Assembly: GCF_018350175.1 (NCBI RefSeq)
Contig: NC_058383.1
Location: 26,910,001 to 26,974,000, forward strand
Origin: Felis catus
Taxonomy: Eukaryota
DNA length: 64,000 nt
Direction: 5' to 3'
Below are positions 24,119 through 36,535 of the stretch, one piece after another. Every line of letters starts with the position of its first letter. Within the stretch, counting starts at the first letter, position 1. The notes under the pieces are model-generated. The model saw nothing but the letters and a program-made list of their open reading frames with translations, was not told the origin of the DNA and did not search any database. Position numbers and translations under genes: made by a program.

Positions 24119-24221
24119 CCTTAAGGAAATCTTGCCTTTCAAAAGCCTACCTAAGTGCTATATTCTCTACAGATTGCCCCAGACAGAAATTACTTTGTAT
24201 TATCAGTTGATTGATTTACAT

Positions 24222-24430
24222 CATTTTTGACCACTTATAATGTGCCAGGCACTGCTCTAAGTGCTTTACATGGACTGACTTATTTAGGCCTGATCAGAAC
24301 TCAGAGGTGGATATTATCCAGATTTTACAGATGGAAAAATTGAGCCCCAGAGAGAAGTGACTTGCCCTGTAGCTCATAGCTAAAAGGCAGTGGAGTTGGG
24401 ATTTTACTCCGGACAGTCAGGGAGGGACCT
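24222..24430 (-). mobile_element. MIR
   Basis: tgtgccaggcactgctctaagtgctttacat...ttttacagatggaaaaattgag. Confidence 0.8.
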
Positions 24431-24665
24431 GAGCTCCTATGGATGACCATGGATAACGTGATGCAACTCTGTGGAAGAGTTACTGGAAACTTCTACTGGA
24501 AGCTTCCATGGAGCTCTGTGTGTGCATTTTCTAGGACCTTAATGCATTGCTGTCTGTCATACTACCAGGCTGTGAGATCGTTGACTGATACCAGAAATTA
24601 TGTTTCATTGATCACCACAATGCCAGTGTCAGGAAATGTTTATTTAAAAAGTTATACTTATTATT

Positions 24666-24890
24666 GGGGCGCCTGGGTGGCTCGTCGGTTAAGCATCCAA
24701 CTTCGGCTCAGGTCATGATCTCACAGTCTGTGGGTTCGAGCCCCGCATCGGGCTCTGTGCTGACAGCTCAGAGCCTGGAGCCTGCTTCCGATTCTGTGTC
24801 TCCCTCTCTCTCTGGCCCTCCCCTGCTCATGTTCTGTCTCTCTCTGTCGCAAAAATAAATAGAAACATTAAAAAAAATTTAAAAAAAAAT
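24666..24890 (+). mobile_element. Can-SINE (felid type)
   Basis: Perfect 20-bp TSD aaaaagttatacttattatt. Confidence 0.96.
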
Positions 24891-24904
24891 AAAAAGTTAT
24901 ACTT

Positions 24905-25275
24905 ATTATTCAGCCTTAAAAAAGGAATGAATTTCTGACACGTGCTACAACATTGATGAACCCTGAAGGTGATAGATCCTATCAGACAGTAAGGCACAAA
25001 ATAAAGTACAAAAGGACAAATAATACTCCATTTCTAGAATAACCAAATTCATAGAGAAAGAAAGTACAATGGTGGTTGCCAGGGGCTGGGGGGAGGCACA
25101 AATGGGGAGTTGATATTCAATGGATAACACTTTTAACTTGGGGTGATGAAAAGTCCTGGAGATGATTGGTGGTGAGGGTTGCACAACATTGCAGATGTAT
25201 TTAGTGCCACAGAATGGTACTCTGGAAAATGGTTGAAGTGGTAAAATTTATGCTTATATATTTAACCACAAAAAA
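24905..25275 (+). mobile_element. L1MB-like 3' end
   Basis: tattcagccttaaaaagga...ggtggttgccaggggctgg...gatgaaaagtcctggagat. Confidence 0.85.
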
Positions 25276-26053
25276 GTTACAGCCATTATGAAAAACAGTA
25301 TGGAATTTCCTCAAAAAACTGAAAATAGAACTGCCCTATGTTCCAGCAATCCCACTTCTGAGTACAGTTCCAAAGGAGTTGAAATCAGGATCTTCAAGAG
25401 ATACCTGCCCTCCCATGTCCACTGTAGCATTATTCACAGTAGCCAAAATATGGGAACAATTCAGGTGTTGATGGGTGGATGGATGGATGGATGGATGGAT
25501 GGGTGGGTGGGTGGATGGTTAAAGGAAATGTGGTATTATACATACAACAATATTCTTCTGCCTAAAAAAGAAGGAAATCCTGCCATTTGCAACAACGTAG
25601 GTGAACCTGGTGGACCTTACACTAAGTGAAATAAGCCAGACACAGATAGACAAATACTGCGTGATCTCACTTACATATGGAATCTAGAAAAAGTCAAAAG
25701 GATGGATGCAGAGAGAAAAACAGTCGTTACCAGGGGCTGGGAGATGGGGAATGTGGGGATATGTTGGTCAAAGGGTGCAAAGTTTCAGTTACGCAGGGTG
25801 AGTAAGCCATAGACATCTAACATACAGCATGGGGACTGTCATTAATAATACTGTATTGTTAGCTTAAAATATGCCCTCAAGTAGATCTTAACTATTCTCA
25901 TAAAAAAATTGTAACTATGTGAGGTGATAGATGTGTTCATTATTTTGGTTGTGGTAATTATTTCACAGTGTATGTATATATCAAAACATCATGTTGTACA
26001 CCTTAAATGTGTACAGTTTTTGTCAATTATACTTCAACAAAGCTGAAAAAAAA
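25276..26053 (+). mobile_element. L1MA-like ORF2 end and 3' UTR
   Basis: MKNSMEFPQK..NRTA; ccagcaatcccacttctg; ends catcatgttgtacaccttaaat...ttatacttcaacaaagctg. Confidence 0.88.
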
Positions 26054-26067
26054 TTAGACCGAATCTA

Positions 26068-26267
26068 CATTTATTTTTTGAGAGACATAGAGACACAAAG
26101 CACAAGTTGGGGAGGGGCAGAGAGAGAAGGAGACACAGAATCAGAAGCAGGCTCCAGACTCCGAGCTGTCAGCACAGAGCCCGACGTAGGGCTCAAACCC
26201 ACAAACCATGAGATCATGACCTGAGCCGAAGTCAGATGTCCAACCGACTGAGCCACCTAGGCACCCC
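26068..26267 (-). mobile_element. Can-SINE (felid type)
   Basis: TSD aaaattagaccgaatcta/aaaattagactgaatcta. Confidence 0.94.
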
Positions 26268-27159
26268 AAAATTAGACTGAATCTAGCATAGGAGGTTAGG
26301 GACCCAAGCTCAGAGCTCAGGTTGATCTGGGTTGAATTGTGGCTCAGCCACTCAGCAGCTGTGCGACTGTGGGCTGACCATTTCACGCCATGGTCATCGG
26401 TATGATGGGGATGGTTGGTGGAGACTTGTCTGAGGCTGGTTGTGAAGAAAATCTAGCCTAAAGAGCACTTTGCCAGGTGATTTTCCTCCTGATTGCACAG
26501 TAAACAAAACAAAACAAAACAAAACAATAACCTGTGGGATGTTTTTAAGGCTACTTGACGCCCAGATTCTCACAGACCAATGAAATCAGAATATCTGGCA
26601 TCATGTGTTTAAAACTTCCTATTGTGAAACATTTCAAATGTACACAAGGGTAATATAATACGGTTCCCATCCACCCATCACCCAAATTCAACATTTGTCA
26701 AGGTTTTAGCATTGGAATGTATCTTTTTTAAAGGTTAAAGGATGATCGAGCAGGCACGATGCCTGGCAAGTAGAACCTGTTCGCCAAATTGAGCTACGAT
26801 GATTACTTTTACTTTCCTTCTCATTATGAAGTTGGTCGCATAAGCATCTTGATTTTGAAATCAGAGGCCCTGAGTGGGAGGTGGTCCATCGATCTTGCTG
26901 GCAATGAATGGCCTCTACTTCATTACTGAGAGGGTTTTCTTCTTCTGTGAATCATCTTTGAAGCTTTCTTTTCTTCAAATCAAAAGAAATCAATTTGAAC
27001 TAATAGTAACTTGATTTTTGAACTGCCATACTGCAGTGGAAACAGACAGTAAGGTAAAATGGAGAGAAGTAAGAAGCCTGGGGAATATGGAGAGGAGATG
27101 GAATCGTCTACCTGGAAAAAGTGCTTTTCAGCTAGAGAGGTTCAGTTCTGGCACTGTAC

Positions 27160-27320
27160 CTGCCCCCCACCTCCATTCCACCCAGGGCAGACATGACTAA
27201 TCAATCAATGTGCTCTTTCCCACAGAAACCTAAAGCTGCATCAGAGTGCTTTTTAAGATGATACTTCAGAGACCCACCAACAATCAATAAGAGACAGCAT
27301 AAGAAGCAAGACCTATTTAT
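27160..27320. mobile_element. hAT-Charlie fragment (MER112-like)
   Basis: gggcagacatgactaatcaatca...ctctttccca...caatcaat...acctattt. Confidence 0.45.
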
Positions 27321-27387
27321 TATTCCTTTTGTGCCCTTTTTTTGTGCCTTCCATAAGCAATACTGTATACCAAGAAAGAAGAACCTT

Positions 27388-27390
<3 letters not shown>

Positions 27391-27423
<33 letters not shown>
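27391..27423. repeat. (AG)16 microsatellite
   Basis: Read directly. Confidence 0.96.
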
Positions 27424-27425
<2 letters not shown>

Positions 27426-28569
27426 ACAAACTTTTTAACTTCTTCAAAATCTGCCACAGAAGACAAAATCATCCCCATGGGATTATCACAGGGCCACGAG
27501 CCGCTGGCCATACTTAGACACGGATTCTTAGAATCCTTCCAAAAACAGCAAAAGGAAAATCACAAAACCCCAAGTCTGGCCTGCCTTGTGGCACCGTGCT
27601 GGCAATTAGCATGATATTAAAAGTGTCCTGATGCTCTTCTGGGTACAAAAGCTCAGCTTTGCTTCATCGTACCAAGTAGTTCTGAGGCTCAGATGTGTGT
27701 TTTTCTGTCTTTAAGTTGAAGCAGTAAGAAAAAGAAAGCAAGCTGGTAGCAGAGATTAGGGCAGAAGCTAGGGTACGTGGAGCGAGTCCAGGGAGGGGCT
27801 GAGGACGGCAGTAATACTAACAATAAAAACGTACCCCTGTTTTCTATCTGCCACGCCTTCTGCTTAGGTGAACGTTGTGGGTTTTCTCATTGCCTCCACA
27901 CAAGCAACCCTCTGTCACAGGTACTATTTTTCTGCCTCCTCCCGATGAAAAGCCTTGAAGCTCAGGGAAACGGGACATGACTTGCTTCTGGTCCCACAAT
28001 TCACAAGCCAGGAAGCTATGGGATGTGAACCCAGATACGTCTGCTTCAAGATACCGTATTCTTGAAACTGTGCGATCCAGACCAGCAGAGCCGCTCTTTC
28101 AGCGCGGAGAGACGGTGACCTGGAGTTTGAAGCACCTCTTAGGGCAAAGATTTCTTCATCTTTGTGTTTTCCTATTGCAGAGCACAATGGCCGGCACACA
28201 ATCCGTTCACATTTGGTTGAATTGATATTTGGTACAATTGAGGCTTTCAAATTTAGCAGTGAATTCTGTTAGCAGAACGTTGTTGCTTCTTCTAAATCTT
28301 CTGTTGCTTGCGTCCTGGAGTTGTGATGGGTATTGTCACAGTGGCCCTGTCGTTTGTACGATTGGCTCATGTATTCCACACGTATTTATTTGCACCTACT
28401 GTGTGTTAGGCACTGTATAGCTGGACAGCAGTGAACAAGACAGACCCAATCTCTCGGTTACCATGATAATGGTAACAGAAGACGGAATTAAGAACAGGTG
28501 CTCCAGAAGTACTTAAGGAGGGGCTTCTCAGCCAGATCTGGGGCTCACTCTGTTGAAGGGGGCATAGTG

Positions 28570-28790
28570 ATGTCTGACACATCAAGTGCTAGCCACGTAC
28601 CAGGTACAGATCTTAGAATGTTACATGGGTCGCCTTTTAAAAGCCTCTCATCCCTTGTCAATTCATGGAGCGAACCTTTCGCCACCAGTGTATGGGCAAG
28701 AGAATTCAAACCCAGAACGTTAAGTAGCTTGCCCAAGGTCATTGCAGTTAAGTGACAGAGCTGGAGGCAAAGCCAGGCTGTGACCTTATT
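28570..28790 (-). mobile_element. MIR
   Basis: ttaagtagcttgcccaaggtc...aagtgacagagctgga. Confidence 0.6.
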
Positions 28791-29144
28791 TCAACCCCTG
28801 TCCTAATCTGCTGCTCCGATATGTGTCCCAGTGACACCTGGAAAATGAGTTGGGGGTAGCTTGGAAAAAATAGAGAAGTTGTTTCAGGTGACAGGAGGCG
28901 GCAGCTGTGAAGCCCAGACTGGACAATGCATCAGGTTCCGGGAGCTGGGAGCCGTCAGAACTGTGGGCGGTAGGGGGGACGTGAGACCCGAGGGGCGTGC
29001 TGGGCAGGAGTCCCATCTGAAAGGCTCTGTAAAGTGCCGCGTGGGTGTTTATCTTCTAACCCGCAGGCACTGGGGAGCCATCAGAGGGTTTCATCAGGGG
29101 AGTGATGTGATCAGATTTATCCTCTAAAACATTCGCTCTGGCTA

Positions 29145-29310
29145 GAGCGCCTGGATGGCTCAGGCAGTTAAGCATCCGAATCCTAATCTCGGCTCAGGTC
29201 ATGATCTCCTGGTTGGTGAGATCAAGCCCCACGTTGGGCTCTATGCTGATGGTGCTGAGCCTGCTGGGGATTCTCTTTCATTTTCTCAGAATAAATAAAT
29301 AAACTTTAAA
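29145..29310 (+). mobile_element. Can-SINE inside an L2 remnant
   Basis: TSD ttcgctctggct/ttcactctggct. Confidence 0.88.
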
Positions 29311-29361
29311 TGTTCACTCTGGCTGTTGAGGAGGCTATTGAACAGAGAAGTAGGGTGGGAG

Positions 29362-29799
29362 TGATGTGGGAAACAAAGGCAGAAGGAAATGGCAGCTAGA
29401 ACTCAATTTCCTTACAGCCTGCGGCTCATTGACAGATACTACCAGGCCTACAGAGTAAAACTTTTCTCAGGGAACTAACTCCCTGCTGTCTTAATGTTCA
29501 TGTTTTGCTGGAGGGGCAACAACCCTAGCTTGACAAGAGCTAAGCCTCCAGTGTCCTGAGAGGCTTCTTTAGCATATGAAAATCTCACTGGAAACTTCCC
29601 CTGGACTTTACTGCCCCCCAGCTCCAGAGTATACAATCAGTCTCTCCTCATGGTCGGGGCAGCACTTCCTGCCCACGGAGTCCTGTCCCCATGCTTTAAC
29701 AAAATCAGCTTTTTGCACAAAAGACGTCTTCCAGAATACTTTCTTGGCCAACAGCTCTGGACCCTGTGAACCTCACTGTCACCCCAAACAACCTCATCA
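29362..29799 (+). mobile_element. ERV1-class solo LTR
   Basis: Inverted termini tgatg...catca; 4-bp TSD ggag/ggtg; 438 bp. Confidence 0.75.
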
Positions 29800-29829
29800 G
29801 GTGCTTGCCATGCAGGTAGGGACCGTTAG

Positions 29830-29932
29830 GCAAGGCTGGGCTTAGAGCCTAGGGCACTTGCACAACCCTGAAAATATGTGTCTCCTTAAACTTTGTGCCC
29901 TAGGTACCCCCTGGTGTCACCCTAGCCCTATT
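29830..29932 (-). mobile_element. hAT MITE remnant (MER96-like)
   Basis: ctccttaaactttgtgccctagg...tcaccctagcc. Confidence 0.45.
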
Positions 29933-30769
29933 CTTTGGGTGGCTGCTGGGCAGGTCTAAACCAAAGTAGGGCAAACCGAACCCCCAAAAGACACAGGGAA
30001 GCTGGAAACTCATGGAGATGGAAAATTCCTTTGACCCCTTGGGTAATGATGCTCGTTGTTCACTGTTAGCTCTTATCATTACCCAGTTCTTTTTAGCCTT
30101 GACATCAGAAAGGATGGGAAATTTTATGAACTGGAAATCTTTTTAAGGCTAATAGTTCTTTTTTTGTTTTTAATTGGCAGTGGAGTGGGGGGAGGCAGGG
30201 GAGGGGGAGAAGAGTGGAGGGGGGTGAAGGATGGCATAGGATTAGATTTCAAAAAAACAAGTTTTTTTGGAGGAGCAGAGCCAAAGGATAAATAATGAAA
30301 CAAATTCCAGCAGAGTGGAAAGAAGGCAAAAAATGCTACCTTGAAATGAAAGATCCATTCTAAATGCGTTAACTGCGCGTTCTCAGCATTACTGCAGAGT
30401 ATTTGAGGGCCTTTTGTGAAAGACACTGTTCACAAACTAGGCTTTAATCTGTAGCCACTTTTTATCCCAAAGGCCTTAGGAACCTGTGGCGTTTGCAGAG
30501 ACTCAACCAACTTAAGCGCACTTTCAGGAGAAAGGACCATTGACGTGGCTCACTGTAAGCCCTGGGAAGTTCCTCAGAATTGTAAAGATTGAAGTGGTTT
30601 TGAAGCTGGTTTTAAATCTGCACATGACAAGAATAAGGACCCAGTACAACAGAATTTAAATAAACTACCTTCTGGAGGTGCTGACACTGAAGCACATGGG
30701 TCTGTAACTTGCAATTCTGAACTGGGGAAGCTTCCAGAATTTTTTTTTTTTTTTTTAAATACGGGACCT

Positions 30770-30983
30770 GGGGCGTCCAGGTGGCACAGTTGGTTAGGTG
30801 TCTGACTTCAGCTCAGGTCATGCTCTCACGGTCTGTGGGTTCGAGCCCCGTGTAGGGCTCTGTGCTGAGAGCTCAGAGCCTGGAGCCTGCTTCGGATTCT
30901 GTGTCTCCCTCTCTCTCTGCCTCTCCCCAGTTGTGTTCTCTTTCTCTCAATAATAAATAAATACACTTAAAAAAATTAAAGAA
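30770..30983 (+). mobile_element. Can-SINE (felid type)
   Basis: 14-bp TSD aaatacgggacctg. Confidence 0.95.
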
Positions 30984-31149
30984 AAATACGGGACCTGATT
31001 TTACCTCTTCTGATTTGTTTTCATTCCTCTGGGCTGGGTACTGTGGCCACCCCGCCCACTCGATGGGACTAAACTTCAGTCAGCTACCCTCATGGCTGCA
31101 CCACACACACATCTGTGTTTTCCAACTCTACTCCTTGCTGGCTGTAAAG

Positions 31150-31365
31150 TCCTATCAATCTGGGTTTGAATCCAGCTCCAACCATCACGTAGCATCTCTG
31201 TGCATTAGAACAAGTTTCTCAATCTCCCCAAGTGTGAAATGGGGGATAATTATGGTACTGGTTTCCTGGGTTGCTGTAAGCCTTAATTTAATCATGAGAT
31301 AGTGCGTGTCAAATGCTTAGAACCATCCCTGGCACATGCTCAGGGCTCAGTAAATGTTAGCGCTT
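31150..31365 (+). mobile_element. MIR
   Basis: ctgggtttgaatccagctcca...gtgaaatggggataat...gcttagaacc...ctggcaca...ctcagtaaatgttag. Confidence 0.8.
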
Positions 31366-31714
31366 AGTGTCATTAACTATTGGCTTTAACAAAATTAAAA
31401 CAAAAAACAAAAACACAACCCCGAGGCTTCACTTTTGTAAATTAAATGACTACATATTATGAGCAATAAAATACTACCTTTTATTAATGCATGATAAGTA
31501 ATTAAATATTAATAGATTCATGTCTATCAATGTACATTAAATGATTAGACTAATTACATTAGAAATATAGCTCTGATGATGAAGAATTATATACTAAACG
31601 ATGAAATGGGTTGAAATGAAATGAAACAAGTTAACACACATAAAACAGCTCAATACACGGGAAATGCTCAGTATACTAACAGCTTTTAAACATGATCGTT
31701 CATTCTTAATTCTT

Positions 31715-32825
31715 TTAAAATTTTATTTATTTTTAAAATTCGAGTATGTATCTATCTCTATATAGATGTATAAATATGTGTATATTTGATTCCCGTTAAA
31801 GTACAGTGTTGTATTAGTTTCAAGCACACAATATAGTGGTTCAACAACTGTATACACTTCTCACTGCCATCACATTAAGTGTACTCTTAATCCCCTTCAC
31901 CTCTTTCACCATCCCCCCCCCCGCCCCCCATCCACCTCTCCTCTGGCAACCACCACTTCTCTCTATTTAAGAGTGTGTTATGGGGCACCTCGGTGGCTCA
32001 GTCGTGTGAGTGTCCAACTTCAGCTCAGGTCATGATCTCACGGTTTCTGGGTTTGAGCCCTGTGTCGGGCTCTGTGCTGACAGCTCAGAGCCTGGAGCCT
32101 GCTTCGGATTCTGCGTCTCCCTCTCTCTTTCTGCCCTTCCCACCTGGTGCTGTGTCTCTGAATCTCTCAAAAATAAATAAACATTAAAAAAAAGAGTCTG
32201 TGTTTTTTTTTGTTTGTTTGTCTCTCTTTCTTTGTTCATTTGTTTTTTTTTTCTTAAATTCCACCTCGGGGTTAAACCATATGGTATTTGTCTTTCTCTG
32301 ACTGACTTATGTCACTTAGCATTATACCTTCCAGATTCATCCATGTTGTTGCAAATGGCAAAATGTCATTCTTTTTTATGACTGAGTAATAGTCATTCTT
32401 CCTAATCCATTCTCTGTTGGTGGACACTTGGGCTGCTTCCATATCTTGGCTATTGTAAACAATGCTGCAGTAAACATAGGAGTGCCTGTCTCTTTTCAAA
32501 TTAGTGTTTTCAAATTCTTTGGGTAAATAGCCAGTGGTGGAATTACTGGATCATATGGTAATTCTGTTTTGAATTTTTGAGGAACCTCCACACTGTTCTC
32601 CAGAGTGGCTGCACCAGTTTGCTTTTCCACCGACAGCGCGAGAGGTTCCCGTTTCTCCACATCCTCATCAACACCTGTTGTTTCTTGTGTTGTTGAGTTT
32701 AGCCATTCTGACAGGTGATATCTCAGCGTGGTTTTGATTTGCATTTCCCTGACGAGGGGCGATGTTGAGCATCTTTTCTCATGTGTCTGTTGGCCATCTG
32801 GATGTCTTCTTTGGAGAAATGTCTT
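31715..32825 (-). mobile_element. Carnivore L1 3' portion, split by a SINE
   Basis: ORFs 32496-32837 (REMQIKTTLRYHL...ELPYDPVIP.LAIYPK) and 32272-32499 (PFATTWMNLEGIMLS.ISQSEKDKYHM). Confidence 0.93.
31982..32192 (+). mobile_element. Can-SINE (felid type)
   Basis: Head, CT tract, tail; aagagt flanks. Confidence 0.93.
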
Positions 32826-33099
32826 AAACATGATCATTCTTGATCTATCTGGGGTGATCCTTCAAAATCACATCATTTGTGGGGAGGGGGTTATTCATCA
32901 AAGAAAAAAGTTAGCATTTCTTCATTTTAACAGTTTTACTTCAATTTATATCCTCTCTGTATCCTGAATCTAGTTATTCAGATTTTTTTTTCCTTAGCCG
33001 CTGATAGTCCCAGAGAGAGAGAGAAAAAGCAGAGGTAAGCTAAGGTTTCCCCCACCAGCACAGGTGCAAATATGTGCCTAATGTTTTGAATAACTTAAA

Positions 33100-33213
33100 A
33101 ATTTTTTTTTAATTTCTATTTTTAAGTAATCTCTCTACCTAGTATGGTGCTTGAACTCACAACCTCGAGATCAGGAGCCACATGCTCCACCGACTGAGCC
33201 TCCCGGGTGCCCC
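33100..33213 (-). mobile_element. Short tRNA-Lys-like Can-SINE variant
   Basis: ttgaactcacaacctcgagatcaggagccacatgctccaccgactgagcc. Confidence 0.75.
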
Positions 33214-33219
33214 TGGATA

Positions 33220-33800
33220 ACTTTTTATTTTGCTCTAATTTTGAATTTAAAGAACTGTGGCAAGAATAACATAAAGAACTTTGATGATAACCTTTATCCA
33301 GGTTCATCTATTGTTTTTACATTTTGCTTCATTTGCTTATCATTCTCTGTATCTGTGTGTGTGTGTGCACACGCATGCACATTTCTGAAGACTTTGAGGG
33401 TGCCTTTTTACCTCTCGATACTTCTGTGTGTATTTCCTAAGGACAAGGTCATTCTTTTACAAAACCAAATGTCATTTATCAAGGTCAGGTACACTGAGAC
33501 ACCTACTATTTCCTATGCCATATTTATATTCAAATTTCAAACTCTTTTTCTCCCCCGTCTCCATCCAGAACCCAGTCTAAGACCACAAATTCTATTTATA
33601 GGTCTTGTCTCTTCAATCTCCATTAATCTGGAACTGTTCCTGGTTCTTTCTTTGTGTTTCTTCACCTTGACGTTTCTGCAGCTCACAGCTGGTAATTTCG
33701 TAGAGTAATCCTCATTTCGGGTTTGTCTGATGTTTCCTCATGACTGGATACAGGGTACGCATGCATTTTTGGCAGACACACCCCTGAGGCATTGTCCCTT
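33220..33800 (-). mobile_element. L1MC4/5-like 3' fragment
   Basis: gtgtatttcctaaggacaagg...ttaatctggaactgttcct...tttgtctgatgtttcctcatgac. Confidence 0.75.
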
Positions 33801-34114
33801 GCTTTTAGAAAGCATCTTGGAACTCGTATTAGCAGGGGTTGCATTTTGCTGCAAGTAACACAAGAATCAACGAGCAGCGGCTAAAGAACCAGACCTGAGT
33901 TCTTTCTGTTTTCTACCCGGCTACCCCCCGTGACTTGTTGTGTAGGGTGACGTGCTAACTGAAAATGACAAGAGGCTTACAGAAGAATAGAGGGAAAGCT
34001 AAAAATTGTTCTCCGTGTTCAACTTAACAAGGCCAACTTGTCCATTAGAACGAGGACAGAACTGTAATTAACACATCAAGATATTATACTGCCACGCACG
34101 ACTCATGGCGGATG

Positions 34115-34620
34115 GTTCTGAACTTGCTTCCCCAGAAGCAGAACCTGAGACAGGGATTTGGGTGCAAGCAGTTTATTTGGGAAGGGATCCGTGGAACACC
34201 CACCAGTAAGGGAGAGGGAGTAGAGCAAGGAAGCTACAGAAACCAGCCTGTGTGGCTGAGCCAGTTACCCCTGTGAGCAACTAAGGCTTCGTCCCCCTGG
34301 GAACCCCTGGGAGCCACTTGAAGACAGGCCTCACTGTCGTGCCACCAAAGGACGAGGGGTGTTCACGGTCCAGTGTTTGCCATCCGTCGGCCGAGGGCTG
34401 CTCAGGGGCCCGTGCTCAGGCGGAGCACAGCTGGAAGCCCTTGGATGCAGCCCGGATGCTGGCAGTCAGAAGCTGGCAGCCTGCATGGGAAGATGGAGTG
34501 GTGAAGGGCGAAGAGCGGAGCCCGGGCGATGCCCACTTGGCTCCAGCCCAGATGGGTGCTTCGGACGTGCCCACGGAGCTCCCCTCTTCCTTCCTTGTAC
34601 CTGCCCAGCCTTCTGTGGGG
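34115..34620 (-). mobile_element. Ancient ERVL-class LTR (LTR16/33/41-like)
   Basis: ttccccagaagcagaacctgagacagggatt...tgcaagcagtttatttgggaag. Confidence 0.55.
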
Positions 34621-35171
34621 TGAGCATCTGTCACTGCGTGCATCAAATCCTTGTCTTTTTTTGTTTGTTTGTTTTTCCTCTGCCTGCTTTCATTCAGACT
34701 CTGTGCCAACGCCAAAGGCATAGGCCATATAACCTTTCCTTTAAAAGATGTTTTTTGTCACATACACCTGCGTGTGTTTCTTCCACTGAGGCGGTTCCGC
34801 ACAGTGGCCAGTGTGTGGGCTTTGGGGCCGCCAGACTTGACTCTGTTTCCCAGCTGGTGTGAGCTGGGCGGGTTCCTCTTACCTTTCTGAGCCTGCGTCC
34901 TCCTATGCTTCTTCATAAATGACTGTGAAAACCCCACACGTATTGATTTGGGGGTCCCAAATGTACTTTAGCAAGGAGACAGATTCACAAACACCGAATT
35001 CACGAATAACGAGGATCAGTTGTGCTTCCTTAACTCAGATCAGTCACTCAAATATTTATGGAGTATTTGCCGAGGAATATGAAAACATAAGGCTCACTTC
35101 TTGTGGCTTTGCATAAAATATTACTCTTTATTTTCATTTCATCTTAGTTTTTTCCAGCTCTAACTTTTAAT

Positions 35172-35387
35172 TAAAAATTTTTTAAATGTTTAGTTTTTGT
35201 TTTTGAAGAGAGAAACAGAGCATGAGCAGGGGAGGGCCAGAGAGAGAGGGAGACGCAGAATAGGAAGCAGGCTCCAGGCTCTGAGCTGACAGCACAGAGC
35301 CCGACGCGGGGCTCGAACCCATGAACCACGAGATCATGATCTGAGCCGAAGTTGGATGCGTAACCTACTAGGCCACCCAGGGGCCCC
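35172..35387 (-). mobile_element. Can-SINE (felid type)
   Basis: TSD taacttttaatt/taactttgaatt. Confidence 0.93.
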
Positions 35388-35639
35388 TTAACTTTGAATT
35401 TAACTCTTCAAGTGATTTCACAAATACATGTTCAATGAAAAAAATATTACACTGACACACAGCTATGAAGAATAAAAAAATAAATTTTTTATTTACTTTA
35501 TAAATTCTTCACATTCCCTATGTACTATGTCCAGTTACTTCTCTGGAAGAAACCGCTGTTAATAGTTGGTGTGATACTTTTGAGATTTAAACACACACCC
35601 GTGCTTACACAGCACATACTATTTTAAGAGGTAAATGGG

Positions 35640-36055
35640 TCCCACAAAAACCTGCACACGGGCATTTACAGCGGCTTTATTCATGATTGCCAAAATTTGA
35701 AAGAAACCAAGATGTCCTTCAGTAGGTGAGTGGAGACATAAACTGTGGTGCATCTAGACAATGGGATATTATTCGGTACTAAAAAGGAAAAAGCTAGCAA
35801 GCCATGAAAAGATACGGAGGAAACTGAAATGCTTATTACTAAGTGGAAGAAACCCACCTGAAAAGGTTACATAGTGTATTCTGAAAAAAGGCAAAAATCG
35901 AGACAGTAAAAAGATTGGACAGAGAGAACAGTGGGATGGACAGAGCACAGGGTTTTTAGGGCAGTGACAATACTCTTTATGACACCATCATTGTGGATAC
36001 CTATTGTTACACATTTGTCCAGACTCATAGAAGGTACAACATAGAGAGTAAATCC
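35640..36055 (+). mobile_element. L1MC-like 3' fragment
   Basis: cacaaaaacctgcacac...ccaagatgtccttcagtaggtg...caagccatgaaaagatacggagg. Confidence 0.85.
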
Positions 36056-36059
36056 TTTT

Positions 36060-36304
36060 TTATTCTATTTTATTTTTTTATTAAACATTTTTTTCTTAAT
36101 GTTTATTAATTTTTGAGAGACAGACAGAGAGACAGAGTGCGAGCAGGGGAGGAGCAGAGAGAGAGGCAGACACAGAATCTGAAGCAGGCTCCAGGTTCCA
36201 AGCTGTCAGCACAGAGCCCGACGTGGGTCTCGAACCCACAAACTGTGAGATTGTGACCGGAGCCAAAGTCGGACGCTTAACCGACTGAACCACCCAGTCA
36301 CCCC
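36060..36304 (-). mobile_element. Can-SINE (felid type)
   Basis: Full reverse SINE body. Confidence 0.93.
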
Positions 36305-36386
36305 TACATTTAATATTTTAGTATCTCCTGCCAAGTCACAAACCCCTCGTCCCACCCTGCAAGACCCTCCAGAAGAAAGCTTCTAC

Positions 36387-36535
36387 TGGTGGCTCAGTCA
36401 GTTGAGCATCCAACTCTTGATTTCAGCTCCAGACCATTTCTCTCTCTCTCTCTGCCCCTCCCCTACGCTGTCTCTCACCCTCTCTCACTCTCCTCCCCCC
36501 TCTCCCAAATAAAATAAACCTTTAAAAAAAAAAAA
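36387..36535 (+). mobile_element. Internally deleted Can-SINE
   Basis: Head joined directly to the CT tract; aaagcttctac/aaaggctctac flanks. Confidence 0.8.

Noticed and set aside
30454..30560. Possible exon (ctgtag acceptor, gtaagc donor, one open frame)
   Set aside because: Weak polypyrimidine tract, unrecognised peptide and no partner exons; compatible with chance.
33100..33213. tRNA-Lys-like sequence as a tRNA gene
   Set aside because: It has the Can-SINE head and an A-rich tail with a degenerate stem, so it is a SINE.
33151..33708. 185-aa hydrophobic ORF
   Set aside because: Reads through an antisense SINE and T-rich antisense L1MC sequence.
34318..34890. GC-rich cluster of overlapping ORFs
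   Set aside because: Overlaps an LTR remnant and a MIR, has no recognisable protein motif, and GC richness explains the scarcity of stops.
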